Assembly: GCA_965216615.1 (NCBI GenBank)
Contig: CBDCGH010000022.1
Span: 1-64,000, forward strand
Length of the DNA stretch: 64,000 nucleotides
From: Vicinamibacterales bacterium
GTDB taxonomy: Bacteria > Acidobacteriota > Vicinamibacteria > Vicinamibacterales > UBA8438
Direction of reading: 5' to 3'
Shown here: in pieces, positions 9,435-17,799 of the stretch
Layout: each line of letters begins with the position of its first letter
Numbering within the stretch: the first letter of the stretch is position 1
The notes under the pieces: generated by a model
Databases searched by the model: none
What the model was told of the DNA's origin: nothing
The model's input: the letters and a program-made list of their open reading frames with translations, nothing else
Translations under genes and position numbers: made by a program

Positions 9435-10796
9435 TCACGCACCGTCGGACTGGAACAGCTCGGTGAGCCTTCGCACATCGCTCACCTCGTCCAAGTGCAT
9501 AAGCGCCGTCCAGGCGGGCTCGATCGCCGCCTGCGGCATCGATCGCCGCGCGCATCCGTCGAACTTCACGGCGAGTTCTTCGTCGGTCAGGCGGCCGGGG
9601 TAACCGCGCGCGCCGTCGGACGACTGGCTGACCGTGCGCCCGTCTCGCAGCCGCACGGTGACGCGAGCTTGCGACAGCGGGGCTGCCGCATCGTAGGCGG
9701 GGTTCGCGCGCAGCGTGACCCGCGGCAACAGCGCCTGGACGGCCGGCTCCTGGATGCGCTCAACATCGAAGGTCGCGACGTCTAGTCGTCCGTGGACGAT
9801 GGCCGCCGCCGCGCAGAACGGCATACTGAACTTGGCTTCGAGGCCGGTCGCGGGCCGATCGTAGATGAGCAGTCTGGGCGTCATCGAGTCGACTTCCACG
9901 TCGATCGTGTCGACCTGCTCGGGCGTAATGGCCTCGCGGCGCGCGAGGTCGATCAGCGCATCGAGCGGCGGATGCGTGGCGGCGCAGCAGGGGTACAGCT
10001 TGACGGTGATGCCCGTCTCCAGGATCTCCCATCTGGTGCCCAGATCGGCCACCGCGTCGTCGAGCCCCGCGTTCTGGCTGTCCATGACGGCCAGATAGCC
10101 CTGGGGTCCGTCAAGGGCCTGCGCGCTCGCGGTGAATCCCTCTCGCGCGAGCCGGGCGGCCATGACGCCGTTGCGGGCCGCCAGTCCCGCGTGCAGCGGC
10201 TTCACCATGGTGCCGAGGTTTTCCTTGAGGCCACAGGCGGACGACGCCGCGATGCCGAGCGCGTGCCCGGTCTGATCGATGTCGAGCCGAAGGATGCGCG
10301 CCGCCGCCGCCGCGGCCCCCAGCGTCCCGATCGATGACGTGCAGTGCCAGCCGCGCTCGTGGTAGTGCCGCGGGTTCATGACGTTGCCGAGGCGGCACTC
10401 CAGCTCGAAGCCCACGGTGTAGGCGTCGACGATCGCGGAGCCGGACGCCTGCACGAGCTCGGCCGTGGCGAACGCCGCTGGGACGAGGGCGCAGCTCGGG
10501 TGGGCGAGCGAGACGAAGCACATATCGTCGAAGTCGAGGGCGTGAGCGGCCACGCCGTTGGCCAGGGCCGCCTCCTCAGGACCGACGAGCTGGGGCGTAC
10601 CCAGGATGCGGCACTCGCCGCGCCCGCCGGCCAGACCCCGGACGACCCGCGCAGCCGGCTCAACGGCGCCGGCGAGGATGACGCCGGCGGTGTCACGAAA
10701 GGCCGCGGCGGCACGCATCCGCGCCGCGTCGGGCGGTACGGCGGCCGCGAGAAACTCGGCCACGCGGATGGTTCCTGTTTCGGTTTCGACGGTCAT
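9435..10796 (-). CDS. MmgE/PrpD family protein (2-methylcitrate dehydratase-like)
   Basis: Colinear with the MmgE/PrpD fold (~450 aa). ATG at 10796 is preceded by GAGGAGG. Confidence 0.82.
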   Translation of the reverse strand: MTVETETGTIRVAEFLAAAVPPDAARMRAAAAFRDTAGVILAGAVEPAARVVRGLAGGRGECRILGTPQLVGPEEAALANGVAAHALDFDDMCFVSLAHPSCALVPAAFATAELVQASGSAIVDAYTVGFELECRLGNVMNPRHYHERGWHCTSSIGTLGAAAAAARILRLDIDQTGHALGIAASSACGLKENLGTMVKPLHAGLAARNGVMAARLAREGFTASAQALDGPQGYLAVMDSQNAGLDDAVADLGTRWEILETGITVKLYPCCAATHPPLDALIDLARREAITPEQVDTIDVEVDSMTPRLLIYDRPATGLEAKFSMPFCAAAAIVHGRLDVATFDVERIQEPAVQALLPRVTLRANPAYDAAAPLSQARVTVRLRDGRTVSQSSDGARGYPGRLTDEELAVKFDGCARRSMPQAAIEPAWTALMHLDEVSDVRRLTELFQSDGA

Positions 10797-11025
10797 CAAA
10801 GAGCCTCCTCAACAACGAACAACCAACGACTTGCCAGATCATACTGAGCTGCAGGACCAACGGACCCGAGAACACACCAGGTTGCAACTGGATCGTCCCA
10901 CCGGGCAGCGCTTGAGAGGGTGGCGTTGTCGGAGATGAGTACCCCTACGGGACGGACAAGCGGGCCCACCCTCGGGAATCGAAACGTGACGACAACGTCG
11001 ATCCGAGACGGGTGGACGATAGCAG

Positions 11026-12018
11026 CTATTCTGACTTCGCGGCGCGATGTTCGGCCTGGGCTCCGGCGAGGATGTTCGTTAGACCGTAGTTACCTTCGTG
11101 GCACGCGTACTCGTACAGGACATTGTCGACCCGCGTCATCGTCATCTCGGCGGTCCACGGCTGCGTAAATGCCGTCGGATCGTCGACGGTGAACGCATAC
11201 AGCAGTGTGTCGGCATCGAGGCGGCTGAACCGCTCGACGAGATGGAGCTCCGGACCCAACGCCTCGAGGACCTCCATGTTGGGCGAAGGGTGGGCAGTGC
11301 CCAGATCCCTGAAGTTCCGGGTCTCGACCACCAGCGTATCCCCGTCCCAGTGCCCGCGCGAGTCGCCCCTCCACTGCTGGATGTCCGCAGGCAGCGGCGG
11401 ACGGCCGTCCAGCGGGACGATACGCGCGTCGTTCACCATCTCGTTGAACAGCACCACATGTCCTGGCGCCTGGAACAGCTGGAAGAGGTTGTTGTACGCA
11501 CCGGGCAGCATCGGCGGACCGGAATTGAACCCGAGGATGCACCGCTCGTCGACGTCAGGGTCCTCCGGGCCCGCGTTCCGCAGTCGCGCCTCCACGCGGA
11601 GCGCCATGCGCGCCTGTCCGTCGGCCTGGTAGGCTGGCAGTTGCCCGTCCGGTGGGTCGACGATCAGCGATGTGCGCCTGGTGCCCACGACCTTCGTGCC
11701 GGAGGCAAACCAGAACCGGTTGTAGCCGCCGGGGTCGCCCGGAGGTGGCGGCCGGTCGACCCGCCCCGCGGCCTGTGCTTCCAACGCTGACACATCCTCG
11801 TCGGTCAGGAATTCCTTCCCGGCCATTGCGGCAGGTCGTCGCAGCGGTGTCACGGAGGCAAAGTCCCAGACGCCCTGGAGGTCCGGGCGGCCATCCGGCA
11901 TGCGTGGCACCGATGCCGCGGCGGATGATGATGACGATGATGGCTGCGCGTCGACAGAGACGGGCGCGAGTGATGCAACGGTGGTCAACACGACGAGAAT
12001 CGCCTTGAAGCTGTTCAA
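11026..12018 (-). CDS. Secreted conserved protein of unknown function, paralog A (YACHEGNY C-terminal motif)
   Basis: ~330 aa. Proposed TTG start gives the signal peptide MNSFKAILVVLTTVASLAPVSVDA. It shares PDLQGxW, IVPLDGRP, QWxGDSRGxWDGDTLVxET and YEYACHEGNYxL blocks with the divergent neighbour 12253..13221. The start is uncertain: a strong SD+ATG at 12052 lies in another frame. Confidence 0.55.
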   Translation of the reverse strand: MNSFKAILVVLTTVASLAPVSVDAQPSSSSSSAAASVPRMPDGRPDLQGVWDFASVTPLRRPAAMAGKEFLTDEDVSALEAQAAGRVDRPPPPGDPGGYNRFWFASGTKVVGTRRTSLIVDPPDGQLPAYQADGQARMALRVEARLRNAGPEDPDVDERCILGFNSGPPMLPGAYNNLFQLFQAPGHVVLFNEMVNDARIVPLDGRPPLPADIQQWRGDSRGHWDGDTLVVETRNFRDLGTAHPSPNMEVLEALGPELHLVERFSRLDADTLLYAFTVDDPTAFTQPWTAEMTMTRVDNVLYEYACHEGNYGLTNILAGAQAEHRAAKSE

Positions 12019-12252
12019 GGGCCTGCGAGTCCCGCAGGATCTGGACCTGCATCTGAACCTCCCTATTGACCACCATGGTCGGTAACTCTTTTCCTGCCAT
12101 CTTAACCCAGCCGAGGCCGGCAGCATGCTGTGCTGCGTCTGCGTGCCCCCGCTGCACGGGTTCGCCTGCCCTCGCAACACCGACACTCGACCGGGATGTG
12201 GCGCTCAGTTCAGAGAGCACGCAAGCGTCTTGGTTTGTATCATCTGAGGCGC

Positions 12253-13221
12253 ATGGCAACCGGCCTTTTCCGCGTGGCTGTCGCCGTCCTGATGTCGGTG
12301 GTCCCTGTTGGTGTGTGTGCGCAGCCCTCGATCGGTGGCGATTCTGTGCCCCGGACACCCTGGGGGGACCCCGATCTTCAGGGGATGTGGCCGAGTAGCA
12401 GCGTCGTGATGGTGCCCTTCGAACGACCGGAGGAACTCGGTACCCGGACATTGTTTACCGCGGAGGAGCACGCGGCCCGAAACGGTGAGATCGCGGCAGC
12501 GCTCGACCGACTGTATTCGCGGGCCTGGGTCGAACCAATCTGGGCCAGCGAGGTCGCGAACCCACCCCGACAGGCCTCCCTGGTCGTCGACCCAGAGAAC
12601 GGTCGGTTGCCACCAATGACGGAGGACAGGCTCCGCCGCGCCGCGGCATGGACGACCAAGTCCCTGCCGACATATTCGTACCCGAGCGCTGCTGACCTCC
12701 GACCGTACGACCGATGCATCACGCGCGGTCTCCTCGGGTCGGCGTTCCCAAACTATTACGGGTCGGTCACTGCCATCTTTCAGACGCCGGAGTTCGTCGT
12801 CATCCACCACGAGATGATCCACGAGACTCGTGTGATCCCGCTTGACGGGCGCCCCCACTCGGCGCCGGGTATTCGCCAATGGATGGGTGATTCGCGCGGG
12901 CGGTGGGACGGTGACACGCTGGTCATCGAAACAACGAGTTTCAACGGGCGCACCGGTTCCTACTGGCGGAATGGCAACGGGAACCCGACGAGCACGGCCC
13001 TACGCCTCGAGGAACGGATTCGGTTGCGGACCGCCGAAACGCTCCAGTACGAAGTGACGGTGGAGGATCCCGAAACATGGATTCGGCCCTGGACCGCCGC
13101 GTTCTCCCTGCCACGGGACGATGCCTACGTTATCCACGAGTACGCCTGCCACGAAGGGAACTACGCCCTGGCGAACATGCTTAGGGTGGCGAGGCTGGCC
13201 GAGTATGCGAGCGGGCACTAG
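12253..13221 (+). CDS. Secreted conserved protein of unknown function, paralog B (YACHEGNY C-terminal motif)
   Basis: ATG at 12253 with GAGG upstream. Signal peptide MATGLFRVAVAVLMSVVPVGVCAQ. Colinear with paralog A (VIPLDGRPHSAPGIRQWMGDSRGRWDGDTLVIETTSF...HEYACHEGNYALANM). Confidence 0.6.
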   Translation: MATGLFRVAVAVLMSVVPVGVCAQPSIGGDSVPRTPWGDPDLQGMWPSSSVVMVPFERPEELGTRTLFTAEEHAARNGEIAAALDRLYSRAWVEPIWASEVANPPRQASLVVDPENGRLPPMTEDRLRRAAAWTTKSLPTYSYPSAADLRPYDRCITRGLLGSAFPNYYGSVTAIFQTPEFVVIHHEMIHETRVIPLDGRPHSAPGIRQWMGDSRGRWDGDTLVIETTSFNGRTGSYWRNGNGNPTSTALRLEERIRLRTAETLQYEVTVEDPETWIRPWTAAFSLPRDDAYVIHEYACHEGNYALANMLRVARLAEYASGH

Positions 13222-13314
13222 AAACGACTAGTAGGAATGGCGCCCGCTTGCCCTCATCCTCGCGTGGACGTGGCCTTGCCCGATGGGGGGGAATGCAGAT
13301 GCGGTGGATGAGGC

Positions 13315-13500
13315 GTGCCCGAACACGATGAGGTGACGTTTACCAAACACATCGTCCCCATCCTGCAGCGCTCCTGTCAGGTCTGTCATCGCGCGGGCGA
13401 GATGGCTCCGATGTCGCTGGTTACGTACGAGGAGGTCCACCCGTGGGCTCGGTCGATCCGTCTCCGAGCCGGCGCCGACCACGGACCAGTGACGTTCGGC
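13315..13500 (+). pseudogene. Orphan N-terminal fragment of a PSCyt1-like (Planctomycete cytochrome C domain) CxxCH protein
   Basis: MPEHDEVTFTKHIVPILQRSCQVCHRAGEMAPMSLVTYEEVHPWARSI matches the F-x-x-x-I-x-P-I-L-x-x-x-C-x-x-CH-(G) signature of the N-terminal domain of PSD1/DUF1553-type proteins. The frame degenerates after ~60 aa and overlaps the 3' end of a convergent gene. Confidence 0.35.
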
Positions 13501-13529
13501 CCTGCACGCTCAGGATGCCACGGTGCGAG

Positions 13530-14414
13530 TTACTTTCGGATGACACCTCTCGGATCGACTGCGTCGCACCACGCTTTCACCTCTGCGCGATCCGTCGCGT
13601 TGATGTCGGTCTCGGTATAGCTGTCGAAGGGCGCCGGCATCGGAAGCAACATCAGGTTCATTGAGAACTGGCTGCACTGGGCGCGGTGACAGCTGGTGCA
13701 GGTGTTCTCAGGCGCGCCGTCGTGAATCGGTTGCGTAAAGTCCTCGCCAATGATTGTGTAGGGTGACGTGGCGGTCGCCGTGAGGGGGACGAGGGGCTGA
13801 GTCGGATCATCCGGGTCTTTGACCTGGTCGATCCAGGGAGAGTGAAGCCAGGGGTCGGCCTGATGACAGCCATGGCAGTTGTCCTCCGCGACCACCTCTG
13901 CTGTCTGCCAGTAGATGTCGTAGTCGGGGTCATTGGAGCCCGGGTGCACCTCTTCGTTGTTCGCCGCGTGGCTCATATGAAAGAAGCAGGTTGCGCCGGT
14001 TTCACTGTTGTGTCCGATCACGCCCATGCCGCCGTCTCGACAAAAGTTCATGAACGTCACCTCAGGTCTCGGACTCCCGTCGTGGTAGGTGCCGATCGAG
14101 TGACCCACCTGTGCGGGCTGGCAGCCGCCTGTCAGCGCCGAGGGCCGGTCGCAGCTGTCGGGCCAACCACTCACAGGCTCACCGTCGACCGTGATGGGGA
14201 TGTCGAAGGCCTCCGTGCAGCTCATGGCCGGAATTGGACCGAGGTATCGCGCGCAGGTCTGCGCGTGATGAAGCGGCGTGCCGGGCGCAGCCGTCACAGG
14301 GGGGGCGTCCGGATCCGAGACCAGCTCGGTAGTTTGGCGGTGTGGTTGAGTTCGTGTCGCTTCTACAAGCGCGATGAGAGAGAGCAGACAGAGCAGGATG
14401 GTGGCCTGTCGCAT
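13530..14414 (-). CDS. Secreted Cys-rich protein with two CxxCH motifs (putative dihaem c-type cytochrome-like)
   Basis: ATG at 14414 with an AAAGGGAG RBS. Signal peptide MRQATILLCLLSLIALVEA. 13 Cys, including NCHGCH and CTSCH haem-binding-type motifs. Same strand as the upstream radical SAM/SPASM gene, but ~220 bp apart. Confidence 0.5.
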   Translation of the reverse strand: MRQATILLCLLSLIALVEATRTQPHRQTTELVSDPDAPPVTAAPGTPLHHAQTCARYLGPIPAMSCTEAFDIPITVDGEPVSGWPDSCDRPSALTGGCQPAQVGHSIGTYHDGSPRPEVTFMNFCRDGGMGVIGHNSETGATCFFHMSHAANNEEVHPGSNDPDYDIYWQTAEVVAEDNCHGCHQADPWLHSPWIDQVKDPDDPTQPLVPLTATATSPYTIIGEDFTQPIHDGAPENTCTSCHRAQCSQFSMNLMLLPMPAPFDSYTETDINATDRAEVKAWCDAVDPRGVIRK

Positions 14415-14633
14415 CGTGGGAACTCCCTTTATGCGCTCATCGTACCGGACAGAGAAGCCGTCGTCGACTCTGATCCGTGATCGTCGCGTTGGCACGCCCC
14501 GGAAGCTCTATACTCTCGTTCGCGAGACACGTCGTTGAGCATCCTGAAGATGGCATGGCGGAGTATCGGGCGCAACCGGCGCCGCACCGCGGTCACCGTC
14601 GCGGCGACGACTCGCGCTGTTTGCCTTGGTCGT

Positions 14634-15641
14634 CTACGACGTGGCCGTTTCGGTGGGGACCCGAGCGCTCGGCAAGATCGATCCGGCTCGGTTGACTGCC
14701 TTGCCGACCCGCAGGGATGCATACAACAGCGTATCGACGCGTAACCCGCCCAGCAGTCGGTGGCGTCCAACAGCCGCAAGACCCGCCGACGCTGCACATC
14801 CGCATTCTTCGCACACAGGTGCGCCGCCGAATTGGCAGGGGCCAATCCGAGTATCGAGGTCGGCGGAAACACACGCCGTCGTCTTCGCAAAGACGCACTC
14901 GTCTGGCGAAGCCGGTGGAGCAGCGTAGGCCTCGACCATCGCCTTGGGCATCGCAAGCTTGGGGAATCGCCTTCGGATCGACAGCAAGTCAGCAACGACC
15001 CGCGACCGGTCCTCGGCCGTCAGCCGTTCGTCAGACACCTCGCCTGTTTGCGGGGTGTACAGGCTGATGAGAATCTTCTCTACCGCGTCGTGGGCCGACC
15101 AGGTGTCCACGAACTCCTCCACGTATCCCACTCGTCTGGCCTGCTGTCGTGTGACAGTGCAATACACCGTCACGCGGCGACCCGCGATGTGCTTGAGAAT
15201 GCGGTCGTACGTGGCGGGCTGTCGACGTGCGTCGTGCTCGGGCTGCAAGCCGTCAATCGACACGGACAATTCGAGGTTGGGCAGCGACGCCCACTCGATG
15301 GGAATCGGGCGAACGGCGCTGGTCACCACCTGAGTGTGGATTCCTTGGGCCGCGAGCCTGGGTAGGATTCGAGACAGCTCACGGTAGCGCACGAGCGGCT
15401 CTCCACCCACGATCGACACGTGAAGCGGACGATGCTTATCGACGAGGGTAAAGAAACGGTCTACCAACGCATCCCCGCTGAAATCACTGAGCTGGCGCAG
15501 ATTGACCGAGTTCCCCAGGTGGTTGCTCGAGTACGCGTAACATCCGGGACACGTCAGGGGACACTCACGGGTAACCTCGACCGACAGCACTGGCAGGTTG
15601 CCCTGAAGAATCTTGCCCCACGCACGAAAAACCCCGTCCAC
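14634..15641 (-). CDS. Radical SAM protein with C-terminal SPASM domain (peptide/cofactor maturase type)
   Basis: CPLTCPGCY (CxxxCxxC) radical SAM cluster motif at the N-terminus. C-terminal CQFGGAPVCEECGCAAS is a SPASM auxiliary-cluster motif. GTG start with an AAGGGGG RBS. Confidence 0.85.
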   Translation of the reverse strand: MDGVFRAWGKILQGNLPVLSVEVTRECPLTCPGCYAYSSNHLGNSVNLRQLSDFSGDALVDRFFTLVDKHRPLHVSIVGGEPLVRYRELSRILPRLAAQGIHTQVVTSAVRPIPIEWASLPNLELSVSIDGLQPEHDARRQPATYDRILKHIAGRRVTVYCTVTRQQARRVGYVEEFVDTWSAHDAVEKILISLYTPQTGEVSDERLTAEDRSRVVADLLSIRRRFPKLAMPKAMVEAYAAPPASPDECVFAKTTACVSADLDTRIGPCQFGGAPVCEECGCAASAGLAAVGRHRLLGGLRVDTLLYASLRVGKAVNRAGSILPSARVPTETATS

Positions 15642-15710
15642 GACGATGACCCCCTTTCCCTAACCGTGAGCTAGTCCCCTTGATCTTTGATTTCTTCAAA
15701 AAGTCGTTGG

Positions 15711-16601
15711 TCATCTGGGGCCACCGTGGACTTGAACGGTGCGCTGTCCGAACCGCTTCACCTTCGCGAGGATCTCGTCGGCTGTTTTCGTCCACTTGAA
15801 AGGCTTGCCCTCGTCATTGTGGGCGTCCACGTAGGCGGAGATGGCGTGGCGCAGCGCGTGCGTGCTGGAATGTGAGCCGCGCTTGAGGGCGTGTTCGGTG
15901 AGGAGGCCAAAGAACCGCTCGACGAGGTTGAGCCAGGCGGAGTAGGTTGGCGTAAAGTGGAACTGGAAGCGCGGGTGGCGGGCCACCCATCGTTTGACCA
16001 GCGGGGACTTATGCGCCGAGAGATTGTCGAGGATCACGTGGACGGTGAGGGTGGGGTCCACCCGCTCGTCGATCTCGCGCAGAAAGCTCACGAAATCCCT
16101 CGACCGATGCTGCTTCTTGGTTTGCGCCACGACCTGGCCGGTCGCGACGTTGAGCGCCGCGAAGAGGTCCACCGTGCCATGGCGGATGTAGTTGTGCGTC
16201 TGGCGTTCGGGCCGACCCATGTCCATCGGCAGGATCGGCTGCGCTCGCTCGAGGGCTTGAATCTGAGGCTTTTCGTCGAATGACAAGACAACGGCGTGGT
16301 CGGGTGGATTCAGGTAGAGGCCGACAATGTCCCGCACCTTCTCGATGAACAGCGGGTCGTCGGAGATCTTGAAGGATTCCACGACATGCGGCTGCAACCC
16401 GAAGGTGCGCCAGATGCGGCCCACGGTGGAGGCACTGACGCCAGCGCGCTCCGCCATCTTGCGGGTGCTCCAGTGGGTCCGCCCCTTCGGCTTACTTTCC
16501 AACGTGGCGACGAGGATCGACTCGACATCCGCATCGGACGCCGTTGTCTTGTCATTCGACAGTCCGGGGGGCTCCGGGCTTGGGCTCGTCATACAGCGCA
16601 T
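15711..16601 (-). CDS. IS630 transposase OrfB (second HTH plus DDE catalytic domain)
   Basis: THWSTRKMAERAGVSASTVGRIWR HTH, then DDE_3-type core (VLSFDEKPQIQALER ... HVILDNLSAHKS ... YSAWLNLVERFF) characteristic of the IS630/Tc1 family. Confidence 0.85.
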   Translation of the reverse strand: MRCMTSPSPEPPGLSNDKTTASDADVESILVATLESKPKGRTHWSTRKMAERAGVSASTVGRIWRTFGLQPHVVESFKISDDPLFIEKVRDIVGLYLNPPDHAVVLSFDEKPQIQALERAQPILPMDMGRPERQTHNYIRHGTVDLFAALNVATGQVVAQTKKQHRSRDFVSFLREIDERVDPTLTVHVILDNLSAHKSPLVKRWVARHPRFQFHFTPTYSAWLNLVERFFGLLTEHALKRGSHSSTHALRHAISAYVDAHNDEGKPFKWTKTADEILAKVKRFGQRTVQVHGGPR

Positions 16602-16839
16602 CCACGCGACCTGTCGTAAACCGCTGCCGCCACTTGCCGACCGTCACATTCGAACAGCGCAGTTTCGCCGCGACCGCCACGTTCGATTCGCCATGCGCGC
16701 ACCTCAGGACGATCTTCGCCCGCAAGGCTACATGCCGATTCGTTCTGGCGCGCCTGGCGAGCCGCTCAAGTTCTCCTCGCTCCACGGCGGTGACTTCCAA
16801 TCTCGCTTTGGGCCGACCTGTTCTTGCCATGCCGCCCAA
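16552..16839 (-). CDS. IS630 transposase OrfA (N-terminal HTH part)
   Basis: HTH region LRAKIVLRCAHGESNVAVAAKLRCSNVTVGKWRQRF. It ends in a C6 run (gccccccgg) where a -1 slip would fuse to OrfB, giving ...KPGAP/PGLSNDKTT..., the canonical IS630 junction. Confidence 0.8.
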   Translation of the reverse strand: MGGMARTGRPKARLEVTAVERGELERLARRARTNRHVALRAKIVLRCAHGESNVAVAAKLRCSNVTVGKWRQRFTTGRVDALYDEPKPGAPRTVE

Positions 16840-16965
16840 TACATCACACCCGGCACACTTCTTAAAGCTTTTTCAGACACAAGGGACTAGCGACTGTACT
16901 AGATATTCGCGTGATGGGTACCAGCTTGGGGCCGGTTAGGCGAGCGTCCGAACGGCTGGTAGGTG

Positions 16966-17280
16966 CTATTCAGCGGCCTTTACGAGGACCGGATCGATCA
17001 CGGTGGCGCTGGGTGTCGCCGCGCGAGCCTGAGCGTGAGCGATAACAAGAGCCGTTTCGGTTTGTGCCATCTCGCACCAGTACTCCAGCATTGATGAACC
17101 CGTCAGAAACGTCCGTGCACTCAGTCGATGCTCGGCGGTCGTGCCCGGACTTTCGAGATCCCGAAATGCCTGAAAAATGACTCGCGCGGCCAGGCGTCGG
17201 TGTCCGACGCTCGCCGATGAGAGTGGGTCCGGTAGAGGACTCCACGGCGCACCGAACACTGAGCGACGAAACCCTGTCAC
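16966..17280 (-). CDS. Hypothetical small protein (104 aa)
   Basis: ORF with no recognisable domain. Same strand as, and between, the IS630 and the B12-radical SAM gene. Coding status uncertain. Confidence 0.2.
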   Translation of the reverse strand: MTGFRRSVFGAPWSPLPDPLSSASVGHRRLAARVIFQAFRDLESPGTTAEHRLSARTFLTGSSMLEYWCEMAQTETALVIAHAQARAATPSATVIDPVLVKAAE

Positions 17281-17328
17281 CGAGTCGCCTCCCCGCGACC
17301 GCAGATAGTCGTACCCATCAGCTCTCGC

Positions 17329-17637
17329 TCATGCCACCGGCTCACCTAGCTCGGCCCGAAGCTTCTTCATCGTCGTCCGAAGTAGAGGTGTAATCGCACT
17401 TGAGCCCACAGTCTTGATGTTGGCCTGGACGTCCACCATCGCACTCGATGCCTCCTGTCCGCCCGAGATGGCCAGGGCGAGCTCCTCCACGCTAGCCCGT
17501 AGACGCGCGCATCGTGAGTCTTTCCCCAACCACCCGGCATACCGTTGGAGGTCCTCGAGCAGTTGCTGAACGCGTGCGTTGGTAGCCTGGTCGGAGTCCT
17601 GTGTGATGTGTGACATCTCGTATCGAGCACCAGCCAT
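17329..17637 (-). CDS. Hypothetical small helical protein (102 aa)
   Basis: ORF directly downstream of the B12-radical SAM gene on the same strand. No recognisable domain. Coding status uncertain. Confidence 0.25.
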   Translation of the reverse strand: MAGARYEMSHITQDSDQATNARVQQLLEDLQRYAGWLGKDSRCARLRASVEELALAISGGQEASSAMVDVQANIKTVGSSAITPLLRTTMKKLRAELGEPVA

Positions 17638-17799
17638 CCGTGGCCGGTCGCGCGCACTGACACGCTCTGTAAATGAAAGGGCTTTGGTGAGGACTGTGGG
17701 CTTCCGGCCCGGCAGAACACCGAGGGGCAGTCGGCAGGTCTCAGAAAAGCAGTACCAGGCAACTGTACACCGATCATGCGGCCCATAGGGCGCGTTTCT

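Larger units (their letters stand above)
15670..16891 (-). mobile_element. IS630-family insertion sequence (~1.2 kb) with terminal inverted repeats
   Basis: Imperfect TIRs: GCTAGTCCCCTTG at 15670 and CAAGGGACTAGC ending at 16891. Two overlapping ORFs encode an IS630-type transposase. Size is typical for IS630. Confidence 0.85.

Noticed and set aside
12052-12054. Strong AGGGAGG-ATG start signal in the intergenic region upstream of paralog A
   Set aside because: The ATG is in a different frame from the signal-peptide-encoding frame. Its product (MQVQILRDSQ...) is low-complexity and overlaps the divergent paralog B on the opposite strand. I kept the TTG start at 12018 but flag the paralog A start as uncertain.
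11098-12879. Multiple 150-300-aa ORFs (11098..11790, 11090..11542, 12205..12879, 11652..12008) overlapping the paralog genes
   Set aside because: All are antisense or out of frame to the paralog CDSs, which have signal peptides and mutual homology. Their translations are Arg/Pro-rich.
14415-14633. Short minus-strand ORFs (38 aa MPSSGCSTTCLANESIELPGRANATITDQSRRRLLCPVR; 43 aa MLNDVSREREYRASGACQRDDHGSESTTASLSGTMSA) between the radical SAM/SPASM gene and the CxxCH protein gene, considered as RiPP precursor peptides
   Set aside because: There is no RBS, no leader/core organisation, and no repeated Cys pattern. They are indistinguishable from random ORFs. I mention them in the findings only as something to test.
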